Below, piece by piece: positions 52,597-63,341 of a DNA stretch of 64,000 nt. Source of the stretch: a virus; the IMG/VR virus record IMGVR_UViG_3300037297_000388, positions 2,177 through 66,176 of that record, one strand, 5' to 3'. The notes beneath the pieces are model-generated. The model saw nothing but the letters and a program-made list of their open reading frames with translations, made no database searches and had not been told where the DNA came from. A program made the translations under genes and the position numbers. How positions within the stretch are numbered: the first letter of the stretch is position 1; every line of letters starts with the position of its first letter.

Positions 52597-55242
52597 ATGG
52601 TCAGTCTATCCAGACAGATAGTATCAACGGCACTTCGAGTCGCCGGGCGTGCAATCAACAGGGTATCCGCCGCCGCAAACACACAACCTCGTGGCATATC
52701 GGAGGCCAAGATGAGGTCTTCGATGTCAGAAACAAAAGATGCACGCAGAGAATATCGCAGCCGCCTTGGTAGGGCGATTTCCATGGACGGCATAGAGCGT
52801 GCGATCAGATCTGCTGATGGCGGGTCAATGCGAGCCCTAACAGATATCGCATATGAGACGGTGGACACGGACCCACATCTGGCCTCAGTGCTTCAGAAGC
52901 GCTTCGGGGCAGTATCTGTCCTGCCGATTGAGGTGAGGCAGGCGAAAAGAGAAGGAATTGATAAAGGGCGGGCAAAGGAATACGCCGAGATTATCCGAGG
53001 ACAACTCGGAGAAATCCCCTTCTTTCGCAATAATATCCGACAAATGGCATGGGGACTCTTCCATGGGCGGATGGCTCAGGAAATCCACTGGGAGATGAAG
53101 CAGGGGGATGGCGCGCAATTGAAGATCTCAAAGATCTCACGCATCCACGCGCGACGGCTGTCGTTTGGTCCAAAACGAGAGCTTCGGCTCCAGAACGAGG
53201 AGGCGACATCGGTTGGGAGGTTCTCGCCTGTCGGGCTCAGTCTCGCAGAGGAGGACCTCAGGGCAGAGAGGCTCTGGAGAAAGTTCGTGATATGGACGCC
53301 ATCTCTGTTTGACGAATATCCAGAGAGAGAGGGGCTTGCCCCGAGGTGTCTTTACTGGAGCTTCATGAAACGGTTCGCAGCTCGTGAGCGGATGATACTC
53401 ATGGAGTTGTTCGGGAAGCCGTGGCGCATCATCACTATTGATCCTGAGTCGCCCGCTAGCAAGGAGGACCTCGACGACGCACTCGATGCGGTCGATGCGC
53501 TCGGGGATACCTACACAGCGAGGATGCCACAAGGTACAAACCTGAACGTCGAAAAACCAGCGGAGCGCGCGGCACGGACGCATAAAGAGGTGGTTGAGGA
53601 TTCCGATAAGCAGCTGTCGAAGCTCGTATTGGGACAAACAGGAACGACGGATGGGGTTCCCGCGGGACTCAATTCCAACCAGGCCGCGGTCATGTCAGAC
53701 GAGCAGATGCTCATCCTTGCACATGATGCGTTTGCAATTTCAGAAGTCATAAAGACATACGTCTCGGACGCATTTATTGAGGTGAACTTCGGAGCCGAGG
53801 CTCTATCACACGCTCCGGATATCGTATTGCGTGCAGACCGGCCGGCGGACCGAAACACAGAAATCGTGCGGCTCCAAGGTAGCCTTAACGCTGGGTTGGA
53901 GGTTGATCTGAACGAGGCATACGAGGTAGCTGGTTTTGCTCGACCGGAAGATGGCGTACCGTTGCTCAAGGTCGAGCAACCCCCACCGCCACCTAACTCA
54001 CCGAACCCACCCGCGCCTCGCCCCGTCATCGTCTACCCGAAGGGCGAGACACCAGAGGGAGGAGAGCAGCTTCCTCCGGCGCCATCTGTCAAAGATGATG
54101 AGCCTGTCATTCCGGATCAAGACGACGATGGCGGCGAAGATGATAACGATGTCCAGGATGCGGCCGCCGGCGACGTTGATGATGACGATGTGAAATCGGC
54201 AGAACGCAGAATACGGCTATCGAAGATACTTGACGAGGAAAGCCTCGTGATACTTCTTGAAGATGGCCCGGGACCGATGGCGCTTGAAACCGATGAAATT
54301 CATGAGCAGCCATCGACGGATCTTGGAAGCCCGGAAGATCTGATCCAAAAGGGGCGCAGTGAGATCATGCGCGCGTCCGGAGCATGGGCAAACGAGGTTT
54401 CCGATGCCATCAAGGATATTGAAAACCCAAGTGCGATCGTCAAGGCGATTAACCGGGTGTTCGAGGATATCGATACTCAACCATATGCTCGGGCGCTCGA
54501 GCGGCGGATGGTGCATGGAGCCGCGCTTGGTGCCATGGATAATGCACTTGACATCGACGACATTGATGTTGTCAAAAGCGCCAATACTAACCGCGGTGGA
54601 GATGCCGTTACACTGACGGCATTTTCTGAGAAGGCCTACAAAACAGCGATCGACGAGTTTCTGAAGAAGGGCATTGTGAGCAAGGCCACTTGGAACACAA
54701 TGCGCGCGGAGATCAAGCGCAAGTCATTCACCGTTGCGGGAATTGAATCCCAGGTGATGCGGACGAAAATCTTCGAGTCCCTGGCGAGAGAGATCGAAAA
54801 GGGAGCAGATCTCCGAGCGTTCAGAAAGATAATGGTCTCTGACCTTCAGGCGGCCGGCATCATAAAGAGCGTTCCAAAGAGGGGTGTGTTGAGCGCGTCC
54901 CACATCGATACCGTATTCAGGACAAACGTGCTCAATAGCTACAACTACGGGCGCGTCGAGCACGCCCGTCAACCGCAGGTGCTTCGCCGTTTCCCAATAT
55001 GGGAAATTGTGTCAGTTCTGGATGGAAGATCCCGGGACACTCACCGCGCGGCCAACGGAAAGATGTTGCTTGCCAGCGATCCGTTTTGGCTGACGGCTTA
55101 TCCGCCGTTTGGATTCAATTGCCGCTGCCGTGTGCGCAGCCGTCCCGCGAAGTTCATGCCACAGGTGGTATCTGGAACGACCATCATTGGACTTCCGGAC
55201 CCAGGTTTTACCTCTGGTTATAAGGGACTCCTGGCTGCCTAA
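52597..55242 (+). CDS. Mu-like portal (DUF935) fused to MuF / SPP1 gp7-like head morphogenesis domain
   Basis: DPHLASVLQKR, GLAPRCLYW, ELFGKP, LSKLVLGQT (portal); Pro/Asp linker; SFTVAG, IDTVFRTN...Y..GR, D.R.R.TH, DPFW...PP.GFNCRCRV (MuF). Confidence 0.9.
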   Translation: MVSLSRQIVSTALRVAGRAINRVSAAANTQPRGISEAKMRSSMSETKDARREYRSRLGRAISMDGIERAIRSADGGSMRALTDIAYETVDTDPHLASVLQKRFGAVSVLPIEVRQAKREGIDKGRAKEYAEIIRGQLGEIPFFRNNIRQMAWGLFHGRMAQEIHWEMKQGDGAQLKISKISRIHARRLSFGPKRELRLQNEEATSVGRFSPVGLSLAEEDLRAERLWRKFVIWTPSLFDEYPEREGLAPRCLYWSFMKRFAARERMILMELFGKPWRIITIDPESPASKEDLDDALDAVDALGDTYTARMPQGTNLNVEKPAERAARTHKEVVEDSDKQLSKLVLGQTGTTDGVPAGLNSNQAAVMSDEQMLILAHDAFAISEVIKTYVSDAFIEVNFGAEALSHAPDIVLRADRPADRNTEIVRLQGSLNAGLEVDLNEAYEVAGFARPEDGVPLLKVEQPPPPPNSPNPPAPRPVIVYPKGETPEGGEQLPPAPSVKDDEPVIPDQDDDGGEDDNDVQDAAAGDVDDDDVKSAERRIRLSKILDEESLVILLEDGPGPMALETDEIHEQPSTDLGSPEDLIQKGRSEIMRASGAWANEVSDAIKDIENPSAIVKAINRVFEDIDTQPYARALERRMVHGAALGAMDNALDIDDIDVVKSANTNRGGDAVTLTAFSEKAYKTAIDEFLKKGIVSKATWNTMRAEIKRKSFTVAGIESQVMRTKIFESLAREIEKGADLRAFRKIMVSDLQAAGIIKSVPKRGVLSASHIDTVFRTNVLNSYNYGRVEHARQPQVLRRFPIWEIVSVLDGRSRDTHRAANGKMLLASDPFWLTAYPPFGFNCRCRVRSRPAKFMPQVVSGTTIIGLPDPGFTSGYKGLLAA

Positions 55243-55373
55243 AATCTCGCCCCTTTTAGAAGTACTTCGTAAAGAAGCAAAAAAAATCGCCTGAAAGTGC
55301 AGATCGCTGTTGCGATCGGAAAAAATCCATAGTCAAATAGGGACAAGGTTGATGATGAGGAAGGTTAGTTGGT

Positions 55374-57158
55374 TTGCTGGACCAACCCATCAGTCGACCT
55401 CAACGACACGCCGCCCAGGGGCATTGCCAGGCGCAAAACGGGCGTAGCACAGTTCCGCTCTGCATATTCCTCAGCAACACTCCACCTATCATCCAGGGGA
55501 AGGCCATTTCACTGGAAGGTGTTTTCTCCGATGACGGAGAGGATGACAGCTCGCCGAAGTGGGTACAGGTGGCGGCCGCCGGTGAATTTAAGGGCTACGC
55601 TGACGGGAAAACATTCAAATTCGACAAGAAGGTTTTTCAGCAGGTCATAGACAATCTGCATAATCATCCGTCATTCAGAGCCGGTGAAGATGGAGTTGGC
55701 GTCGAGCGCGTCATCCCCTGGGACTTCCACCACGCGTCAGAGCAAGATGCGACCCAAGGTGAAATCCCTGTCATCGGCGCCCCCTCGCAGGGGTGGACCT
55801 ACGACATGCAGATGCGCGTGGGAGAAAATGGGATTGAGCTCTGGGCTCTGACAGAGTTCCTTGAGCCGGCAAAGACATATGTGAAGGATGGCAAATATCA
55901 ATGGGCGTCAATTTCGCTTTGGTTCAATGCCGTCGACCCTGTGAGTGGCGAGAAGGTTGGCGCGCTGATCACTTCTATCGCCTTGACCAACACGCCGTTC
56001 ATTGAGGGCATGCAGAAGCTCGTCGCCCAAAGGCCCACATCAAATCCGAAGCGTATTATTTCTCAATCGCCCGTTTCGGCGGAGACGATTCTTGGCCGAT
56101 GGTATGGTCCGGCGGAGACACCGGAAGAGGCTGTCGGCAGCATGAAGGAGCTCTTTGGTCTCAGCACTGCATCAGTGATTTCGGAGTTACTCACAGAGAT
56201 CCAAAAGATTTCCACATGGGTCGAGACCGATACAATACCGATTGGTGTGGATGTCAACGATATTATCGGTAGCATGCGCAGAATTCTCAATCTCCCTGCG
56301 CTCACACCTAATTCAGAGGTACTGAAACAGGCCAGCCAATCCGTAGCGAGCCTACTCAACGAACCAGCATTGTCCGGCGTCGCAAACCCGGCGCAGAACC
56401 CCCTTGCCGCTAACCGAGGCGGTGCAGACGGAGGAAATAACATGAATCTCGAACAGATTGCAAAATTACTCGGCGTACGGGCGATCGAGGCGGAGGTGTT
56501 GGAAGCGATCACCGATAGCGTTGAGCTCCGCAACAAGGTTGCGAAGATGCTCGCATCGAAATCATCCAGCCGGGAGATTGTGGAGGCGACCGAGGCAAAC
56601 TTGCAGGCCGCCGAGCAGCTCAGCGCACTCACGGAGGCGCTCGGTGTTCAGTCGCCGAATGATGCCATCTCCAAGGTTGTCGACCTGATGAAGTCGGCGG
56701 AGACGCTTGCGGAACTCCAACCGGATTACGAGGCGCTGAAAGAGAAGCAGAAAGCGGCAGAGGAGGCGCAAATCGCCCTGGACGTAAATGAGGCCATCGC
56801 CGCCCACAAGCTTCCGGAGAAGACCAAGCCGGCATTACTCCTTCAGCGTCGGCACGATCCGAAGCAGTTTCAGGAGGCATATCCGAAGCTGACTCAGGAG
56901 CAGAAAACGCTGACCAAGCCCGTCGCAGTGACGCCTGATGGCGCCCCGCTGAAGGTGGCCGGGTCGGATGGCGGCGCATCCAGCGGGACGACGGAGAAAA
57001 TCGACGTTTCGGGATATCCCGGCGGCAGTATTACCGCCAAAACCCAGGAATACGTCAAAGCCAATAAGCTTTGCGACACGGCCGACTTTGATGCCGTCCA
57101 TAAAATGGCGGTTGCGCTGAAGAAACAAGGGCGCGTTTTCGACAGCAGCACCGAATAG
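55374..57158 (+). CDS. Mu gpI-like prohead protease/scaffold
   Basis: WVQVAAAGEF, IPWDFHH, PSQGW, Y.WAS, SIALTNTPFI; helical scaffold-like C-terminus. Confidence 0.85.
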   Translation: MLDQPISRPQRHAAQGHCQAQNGRSTVPLCIFLSNTPPIIQGKAISLEGVFSDDGEDDSSPKWVQVAAAGEFKGYADGKTFKFDKKVFQQVIDNLHNHPSFRAGEDGVGVERVIPWDFHHASEQDATQGEIPVIGAPSQGWTYDMQMRVGENGIELWALTEFLEPAKTYVKDGKYQWASISLWFNAVDPVSGEKVGALITSIALTNTPFIEGMQKLVAQRPTSNPKRIISQSPVSAETILGRWYGPAETPEEAVGSMKELFGLSTASVISELLTEIQKISTWVETDTIPIGVDVNDIIGSMRRILNLPALTPNSEVLKQASQSVASLLNEPALSGVANPAQNPLAANRGGADGGNNMNLEQIAKLLGVRAIEAEVLEAITDSVELRNKVAKMLASKSSSREIVEATEANLQAAEQLSALTEALGVQSPNDAISKVVDLMKSAETLAELQPDYEALKEKQKAAEEAQIALDVNEAIAAHKLPEKTKPALLLQRRHDPKQFQEAYPKLTQEQKTLTKPVAVTPDGAPLKVAGSDGGASSGTTEKIDVSGYPGGSITAKTQEYVKANKLCDTADFDAVHKMAVALKKQGRVFDSSTE

Positions 57159-57181
57159 GCGATGCTGTAACGGAGGATCCA

Positions 57182-58057
57182 ATGGGAACTACCCTGCTAA
57201 GTACGGCGCCGGAACATCGAAGCGTCGTGAATGCTTCCGGATCGGAGATCGCGGAAGGGAAAATTGTCAAACTCGCAGCAAATCCGACGGTCCCGCTCGA
57301 GGTCGATCTTGCGTCTGCCGTTACAGACGCACTGTATGGTGTTGTTGTAAATGCTGCCATCCCAAACGGGGAGCCGGGTGATGCGGCGATCCGAGGCATT
57401 GTCCCTGTGCTCGCCGGAGGCGCAGTGGCTGCCGGAGATCGCGTCACAACCGACGCGAATGGAGATGGCGTCACGGCGACGGAAGGCGATGTCATTCTCG
57501 GCGTGGCCGGCACCGTTGGTGTCGACGGCGCACTATTCGAGGTCGAACTGACCGGGCCGGGGAATGATTCTTTGTCCACCTCTGTAGCTGCTGTTGCGGT
57601 CAATTCAGCGCATGTCGCCGGAGATGGAAGCGATCACGCGGATGTCGCAACGAATACGGCTGCCATTGCGGCGATTGTAGACGATCACGTCCGAGCGGAG
57701 ATGACGGGGTTGGCGGCACAGACGGACGAGGACGAGGTGTCGGCAGCTCTCAGTGGGCTCGTCAGCAAGACATTTGCCCCGGCAGAGATTGCGATTGTCG
57801 TTACCGAGGCAACAGGAAGCATCGCCGCAGATGGAACAATCAACGTTGGCACGACAACGGATGGGGCGGAAATTCTATCCGCTCAAGCCCTCACGGGGCT
57901 TGATACGGCCGGGAAATCTCGTCGAATTCCATTGTCAGAGGCCCAGTACGACATTCTGGCAAACGCAACGCTGTATGCAAACGTCGAATCGGCCGATTCG
58001 ACTGCGACAACGTTGGTGTTGTCGGTGTTCGTACTCGGAAGGCAATTCGCGTTTTAA
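57182..58057 (+). CDS. Capsid cement/decoration protein (DUF2190-like N-terminus)
   Basis: GIVPVLAGGAVAAGDRVTTDANG.GV...G.A; between protease and capsid genes. Confidence 0.7.
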   Translation: MGTTLLSTAPEHRSVVNASGSEIAEGKIVKLAANPTVPLEVDLASAVTDALYGVVVNAAIPNGEPGDAAIRGIVPVLAGGAVAAGDRVTTDANGDGVTATEGDVILGVAGTVGVDGALFEVELTGPGNDSLSTSVAAVAVNSAHVAGDGSDHADVATNTAAIAAIVDDHVRAEMTGLAAQTDEDEVSAALSGLVSKTFAPAEIAIVVTEATGSIAADGTINVGTTTDGAEILSAQALTGLDTAGKSRRIPLSEAQYDILANATLYANVESADSTATTLVLSVFVLGRQFAF

Positions 58058-58106
58058 TTAGCGTTCACCGATAAGCCGGCTGTGGAACGCAACAAGGAGT
58101 AAGAAA

Positions 58107-59135
58107 ATGCCCCAGCAAATCAACATCGAACTCGCGCACGACGCCGCTGGCCTCGGTAAACAGGGTGACCGCGTGACGCTCACAGTGGTTCCGGCGGACA
58201 TGCATGATCCAGAGGAGTTGACCTCCTATCTGGCGGGATACAAGCTGGCCAATATGCGGGCGGACGAGGTGTCGCCCCCCATCCCCGTCAAAAACCAGTC
58301 GGACAAATACCGGACTTTCTCGGAGGACGACGCGTTCAATGACGTCGCAAGGAAAGGGTCCAACAACGGACCCATTCCCGAGGTAGATCCGAAGTCTGCA
58401 CTTGAGACGTACAAAACCCTGCCGCGGGTCATCGGATCGTTTGTCCCGCGAAATCTTCCGGGCCGGTACGACCCCATCAATGTCGCGCTCCGTCGCTGCA
58501 AGCGGGCGATTGGACTCAATCGGGAGATCGAGGTAATGGCCCTGGTCGGGACGAACACGAACTGGGACTCCACCGTCAGGACCGCCCTCACATCCACCTA
58601 CCAGTGGAACGACGGATCGGCTTCGAATCCCATCAAGGACATCATGACGGGCTTGGAGAAATCCATCCAGCCGGTTTCGGACATCTGGATGAACCAGAAG
58701 GTGGCGCACCTGTTCATCCGTCATGCAGAGGTCCGAAACCACATGCGGCAAATGCTCGGCGACGAAGCGGCTCCGAAGGCCGCTGCCGCGGTTGCACAGG
58801 CCGGGATGATGCCGACGGATTTCTTCATCCCGGGGCTTCCGCCCATCCACGTGTCAGCGTTGAAGTACAACGCGGCAGGTACCCTCTCCTACGCGCTCGG
58901 AGATGTGGTCGTCTTCATCTGCAGACCGCCAGGCGTCCCGACCGACGGTGAGGAGATCGCATCCACGTACACGTTCCAGTACGAAGGTCCAGAGGGGAAC
59001 GGGTACACCGTGAGACAGTGGACCGTCGAAAACAGAGGTGCCTACGGTGGCGAGATGGTGTCGGTGACCGAGGAAGACGATGCCGTCATGACCTCGACCA
59101 AGGCCGGTGGAATCCTCACCGGAGTGGTGCAGTAG
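58107..59135 (+). CDS. Major capsid protein
   Basis: 342 aa; ADEV.PP.PV, REIEV..L, W.....NPI.DI pattern; position in the head operon. Confidence 0.8.
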   Translation: MPQQINIELAHDAAGLGKQGDRVTLTVVPADMHDPEELTSYLAGYKLANMRADEVSPPIPVKNQSDKYRTFSEDDAFNDVARKGSNNGPIPEVDPKSALETYKTLPRVIGSFVPRNLPGRYDPINVALRRCKRAIGLNREIEVMALVGTNTNWDSTVRTALTSTYQWNDGSASNPIKDIMTGLEKSIQPVSDIWMNQKVAHLFIRHAEVRNHMRQMLGDEAAPKAAAAVAQAGMMPTDFFIPGLPPIHVSALKYNAAGTLSYALGDVVVFICRPPGVPTDGEEIASTYTFQYEGPEGNGYTVRQWTVENRGAYGGEMVSVTEEDDAVMTSTKAGGILTGVVQ

Positions 59136-59167
59136 TCCACGTCCAATAGCTGGAAGGCAGGAGCGGT

Positions 59168-59494
59168 ATGGCTCGCAGGAAGACAAAGACAACACCAAAG
59201 AAGAAGCCGGTGAATGAGCAGAAGGCAACACCGGCGGCTCTGGAGGAAAAGCCCGCTGTCGATAAGAAAGTGATGCTGGCGGCTCCGAAGGAAGATCTTG
59301 CTGTTGACGAGGCAGTAACGCCAGAGGCTCCAGAGGCGGAGGCACCATCCGCGATCCGATACAAGGCGGGCGCCGAAATTATCTGGAAGGGAGGCCAAAT
59401 CTTGCCTGGCGAGTATCTGGACGCCCTTCCACAGGAAGAGATCGAGAACCTTCAGCGACAAGGAGCCGGGACCGTTCTTCCTGCCAACCAATAG
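59168..59494 (+). CDS. Small virion-associated hypothetical protein
   Basis: Lys/Ala/Pro-rich N-terminus; follows the capsid gene. Confidence 0.6.
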   Translation: MARRKTKTTPKKKPVNEQKATPAALEEKPAVDKKVMLAAPKEDLAVDEAVTPEAPEAEAPSAIRYKAGAEIIWKGGQILPGEYLDALPQEEIENLQRQGAGTVLPANQ

Positions 59495-59509
59495 ACCACG
59501 AGGCCAACG

Positions 59510-60004
59510 ATGGCGCGGTATCTACAAAAATCAGATCTAGACGCACTCGTTGGTTCGGCGCGGGTCAATCAATATTTCGACGATGATAACAGCGGAAACC
59601 TTTCAGAAGATGAACTCGTAGAGCTTGACAGCGTCATGTCAGCTGCAGAGTCCGAGGTGGACAGCTATCTGATGCGATCGTTTGCACCAGACGCAATTGA
59701 CGACTTGGCAGAGAACGACCCTGCCCTCAAGAGGCATGCGTCCTGGATCGCCTTGCATTTCGCTTCAGAACGCAGAACGGAATTCGCGGGGGAAAATGGT
59801 GTCGGCGCCTACAAGGACCAATACGATCGCGCTATTACGTTCTGTAAGAATCTGTCGAAGGGGAATAGCCGGAGCACTGGGGAATCCGTCGCCGGCAAAA
59901 GCGGCCGCATTGGAGGCGTGGTGCAGCCGCGGCTGCAGAGCGGACAATCACGGTTCATCTTTGCCAAGGACAAGGCCCACCCGACAGGACATGGTGGGTT
60001 CTGA
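59510..60004 (+). CDS. Mu gp36-like (DUF1320) head-tail connector
   Basis: Y....DL, AESEVDSYL..., YDRAI..C..LSKG. Confidence 0.75.
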   Translation: MARYLQKSDLDALVGSARVNQYFDDDNSGNLSEDELVELDSVMSAAESEVDSYLMRSFAPDAIDDLAENDPALKRHASWIALHFASERRTEFAGENGVGAYKDQYDRAITFCKNLSKGNSRSTGESVAGKSGRIGGVVQPRLQSGQSRFIFAKDKAHPTGHGGF

Positions 60005-60414
60005 TGGAAACTGTAAAAGTAAACGTCGATGTCAGCGAGATAACCGACTGGCTGATGCAGTACGATGAGGCAATTGCCAGTATTCCTATGCCGGTGATCG
60101 GGGAACTGCTGGCTGGAGCTGTTGAGGACACAATCCAATCCGAGGGGTTTGGCGGATGGGAGCCGCTGTCCCCGAATACCCTGAAGCTGAGGCCGCGCAG
60201 GATCGGCGGGCAACTTCTCCAAGACAGAGGACTACTCGCCGATATCCAGACAAGGGACGGATACAACTGGGCTGAGGCATGGAGCCCGGCGCCGTATGCC
60301 GGCTTCCATATCACGGGCACCGAACACATGGACGCTCGCGACTGGACCGACATCAATTGGGCTGAGCTTCTCAACTCCGTGGAGGAGTTTGTGATGGACC
60401 GGGTGGTGCAATGA
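60004..60414 (+). CDS. Mu gpG-like virion morphogenesis / tail completion protein
   Basis: W.PLSP.TL..R...LLQDRGLL...PYA.FH..GT..M.AR.W. Confidence 0.8.
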   Translation: METVKVNVDVSEITDWLMQYDEAIASIPMPVIGELLAGAVEDTIQSEGFGGWEPLSPNTLKLRPRRIGGQLLQDRGLLADIQTRDGYNWAEAWSPAPYAGFHITGTEHMDARDWTDINWAELLNSVEEFVMDRVVQ

Positions 60415-61349
60415 GCGACATCCTCAACCTCCAGCGGGATATTGCGGCTATTTGCGGTCCTGAGACGGGCACCAGAGCAACCGGTGCCGTGACCATGGTC
60501 GCGGAAGCAGCGGATGTCAATATCCCCAGGAACACCTTCATCATACCGATTCTGGATGGGCAACTGAAGCCGAGTTTTGTTTTCAGAGTCGGCCCGGGTC
60601 CGAACCTGGACAAGTCGTGGACGGTCACAAGCGAGGGCGTACAAGTGGACGCCATGTCCAATATCGGTGGCGCTCGGTTCAACTTATCGGAGGGAACTGC
60701 ATTCAGGCTCGACCCGCCATCGATAGAAGGCATCGCTTCCATTTTAGCGTCATCTGATTTTGAGGGTGGGTCCGACAAGACAGCCTTTGGGGCACTGCGT
60801 GATGTTGTCTTCTTTGAAAAACTCGGCGCAAAGCCCAACGTCGATCTGCTTCGTAGCGAGGTTGTGAAGTTCCCGGCGATGATTATCACGTGGATCGACT
60901 CCACCCCAGCGGACGGAACGACGCTTCCGAATGTTCAGTCGTCCCGGGGGAGTCGCAACTCAACAGTCTACAAAGAGATGTTTCAGTTGACCATTTTCTC
61001 CTCAAGGGCAGAGTGCGACCACCTCCGGCGCGAGGAGGGGCACTACCTGATGGAGAATCTGTGCGATTGGCTCAAGGACCGGACGTCCGTCGACGGACGT
61101 GTGTTTTCGGCACCAAGCGGCCTGCATATCCTGAGACGGTATCGAGAAGATGGCCGGTCGCAGATTTACCAGCGGTTCTATATCTACAACATCTTGTTGA
61201 CGGCGCAAAACACACTTACGCGGCGAGATGTCCGTGAGTGGAATGATTGGAATACTACGGTGATCGACTCATCTCTGACACAGCGACCGGCGCTGCCGAA
61301 TCAGGGAGACAAGATCATCGTGGACGACATGACAGTGGAGATGCAATGA
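60411..61349 (+). CDS. Tail-completion protein with baseplate-J-like N-terminal segment
   Basis: ATGAVT...V.IP.NT...G.RFNL..GT (baseplate J N-terminal-like); C-terminal half resembles a tail terminator by position. Confidence 0.5.
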   Translation: MSDILNLQRDIAAICGPETGTRATGAVTMVAEAADVNIPRNTFIIPILDGQLKPSFVFRVGPGPNLDKSWTVTSEGVQVDAMSNIGGARFNLSEGTAFRLDPPSIEGIASILASSDFEGGSDKTAFGALRDVVFFEKLGAKPNVDLLRSEVVKFPAMIITWIDSTPADGTTLPNVQSSRGSRNSTVYKEMFQLTIFSSRAECDHLRREEGHYLMENLCDWLKDRTSVDGRVFSAPSGLHILRRYREDGRSQIYQRFYIYNILLTAQNTLTRRDVREWNDWNTTVIDSSLTQRPALPNQGDKIIVDDMTVEMQ

Positions 61350-61762
61350 ATTTTCTATATTTTAGCGCGACACGGGGACACGCTGTGTCGAGGTTTGGCA
61401 CACAACAATTTATCGGCGCGAAGCGCGTGCTTGGTGTCGGTATCGTCGTAGACGAGTCAGTGATCGTAAGGATCCCCGAGGTCGAATATATCCAGTACCT
61501 CAAGTCATATAGTCGGGCCATCTCGGATGGCTCCTTGAAGAAACGCACCGCGTCAGAATACGAGGAGTACCAGGCAAAGAAATCCGGTGGTGTGGGTGCG
61601 GCTGGGGATTCAGACGGAGATTCAGACGGAGATTCAGACGGAGATTCAGACGGAAATATCGATGTGGACACGAACACCGATATCGATGTCGCAGACAACA
61701 CACGCAAATCGGGAAAATCAAACGCAAAATCCGATAGGCGCAAGACCGGAGGGACAAAATGA
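61346..61762 (+). CDS. Hypothetical protein with DSDG repeats
   Basis: ATGA-coupled on both sides. Confidence 0.65.
   Translation: MNFLYFSATRGHAVSRFGTQQFIGAKRVLGVGIVVDESVIVRIPEVEYIQYLKSYSRAISDGSLKKRTASEYEEYQAKKSGGVGAAGDSDGDSDGDSDGDSDGNIDVDTNTDIDVADNTRKSGKSNAKSDRRKTGGTK
61607..61654 (+). repeat. 12-bp tandem repeat x4 (GATTCAGACGGA)
   Basis: Direct observation; encodes (DSDG)4. Confidence 0.95.
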
Positions 61763-63291
61763 CGATACCTACCGCGGTCAGCCCAGGTAATCTGGTACCA
61801 GGACTTTATCTGTCAGTGAACACCATGGCCGGAGTCGCCAGCCCAGGCGGGTCATCAATGGCGGTCGCTCTCGTGGCCCCCAAGAGCTCGGCAGGCGATC
61901 TGACGGTGGACACCGAGGTGAGAACGGGCGCCGGGGAGGCCTCGGCATCGGTTGCGTTCGGACCCGGGACCGTCGGACACCAGACTGCGAAACAGATCTG
62001 GACCAAATACCCGGCGTCGGAGATCGATTTCATTGCGCCGACGGCCGGGGCTGGGTCCGCGACCCTCGACCTGACGTTCGCGAATTCACCCACTTCGAAC
62101 ATCACGGTTTATCTGGATATTCACGGGGTGGAATTTGAGGTGGCCTGGCTGGCCGGAGAATCCGCCGATGACATCAGGGACACGGTTATTTCAGCCATCA
62201 ATGAGCGCACCTCACAGCTCATGGTGGCGGCATCGACAGGCGGCACCGGCATCGTGACGATCACGGCCAAGATTGCCGGCAACGTCGGCAACGATATCCT
62301 GATTTATGCCTCTCTATCGGAACAGTCGGGAACTGAGACCATCAACAGCGGAACTTCCGTATCGAGCGCGTTGTCCGGTGGTTCGAGCGACCCGGATTTG
62401 ACAAACGCACTGGCAGCGTTGTCGGCGAAGGAATACGACATCATCCTGCCATGCCTGAGCAATACGGATGTGGCGAATACGGCGTCGACGAACAACCTCA
62501 AGCGGATCGTGAACCACATCTCTGCCTACAACAGCGGTCTGAACGCGAAGCTGCAGCAGTTCGTGGTGGGATACACCGGAACGGTTGCGCTGGCCGTTGC
62601 GACATCGTCGCACTCGAATAGTGCGAACAACGTCGACTTCGGCGAGATCATTCTGTGTATCGCAGGGCGAGATCTGCCGTCAGTGCTTGCCGGGAGAGAG
62701 GTGGCCGATTGGCTGGTTCGATACTCATCGGATCCCTCCGCGAACAGGATCGGTCAGATATTCGATGGCATCGTCGGTGCCAAGGACAAGCTGACAAATA
62801 CTCCTACGGATGCTGAGCTTCAGACGCTAATTGGAAACGGCGTGTCGCCTATTTCCTACACCAAACAACTATCTCCGAAGTTGGTGCGTCCTGTCACGAC
62901 GCACAGCCAGGATGATGCTGGCGGAGCAGACCGGCGGGTTCTCGATGTACAGAATGTCGTCGCGGAATATGTGGTGGCCCGCGACATCCGGGACACCCTG
63001 CCATCTGCGTTCCCTCAGGCGAAAATATCCGAAGATCTCGCGGAGGGTGAGGAGCCGGTGCCCGGCGTGACGGAGGTCCGCGACGTGAAAGCGTGGCTTG
63101 GGGACCGCTTGATGGCCTGGGCAGACGACGGTGTCCTCAATAAAGCGCGGGTGAGGACTGTCATTTCTGACGGGTCGTTGATTGTCCAGGTGAACGGCAC
63201 GGACGCAACACAGGTCGACATCGTGTTGCCGAAGAAGATCGTCCAGCCCTGGGCGAAGACAAGCTTGGTTTCACAGCGTGAGCCGAGCTAA
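61759..63291 (+). CDS. Contractile tail sheath protein (Mu gpL-like)
   Basis: VPGLY, VTITAK..GNVGNDI, G..DPD...ALA, GVSP, RPVTT...D. Confidence 0.9.
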   Translation: MTIPTAVSPGNLVPGLYLSVNTMAGVASPGGSSMAVALVAPKSSAGDLTVDTEVRTGAGEASASVAFGPGTVGHQTAKQIWTKYPASEIDFIAPTAGAGSATLDLTFANSPTSNITVYLDIHGVEFEVAWLAGESADDIRDTVISAINERTSQLMVAASTGGTGIVTITAKIAGNVGNDILIYASLSEQSGTETINSGTSVSSALSGGSSDPDLTNALAALSAKEYDIILPCLSNTDVANTASTNNLKRIVNHISAYNSGLNAKLQQFVVGYTGTVALAVATSSHSNSANNVDFGEIILCIAGRDLPSVLAGREVADWLVRYSSDPSANRIGQIFDGIVGAKDKLTNTPTDAELQTLIGNGVSPISYTKQLSPKLVRPVTTHSQDDAGGADRRVLDVQNVVAEYVVARDIRDTLPSAFPQAKISEDLAEGEEPVPGVTEVRDVKAWLGDRLMAWADDGVLNKARVRTVISDGSLIVQVNGTDATQVDIVLPKKIVQPWAKTSLVSQREPS

Positions 63292-63341
63292 GTGAGAGGT
63301 TGGCGCGGGTCAAACCCCGAATTACCAACCAGGAGGATACG

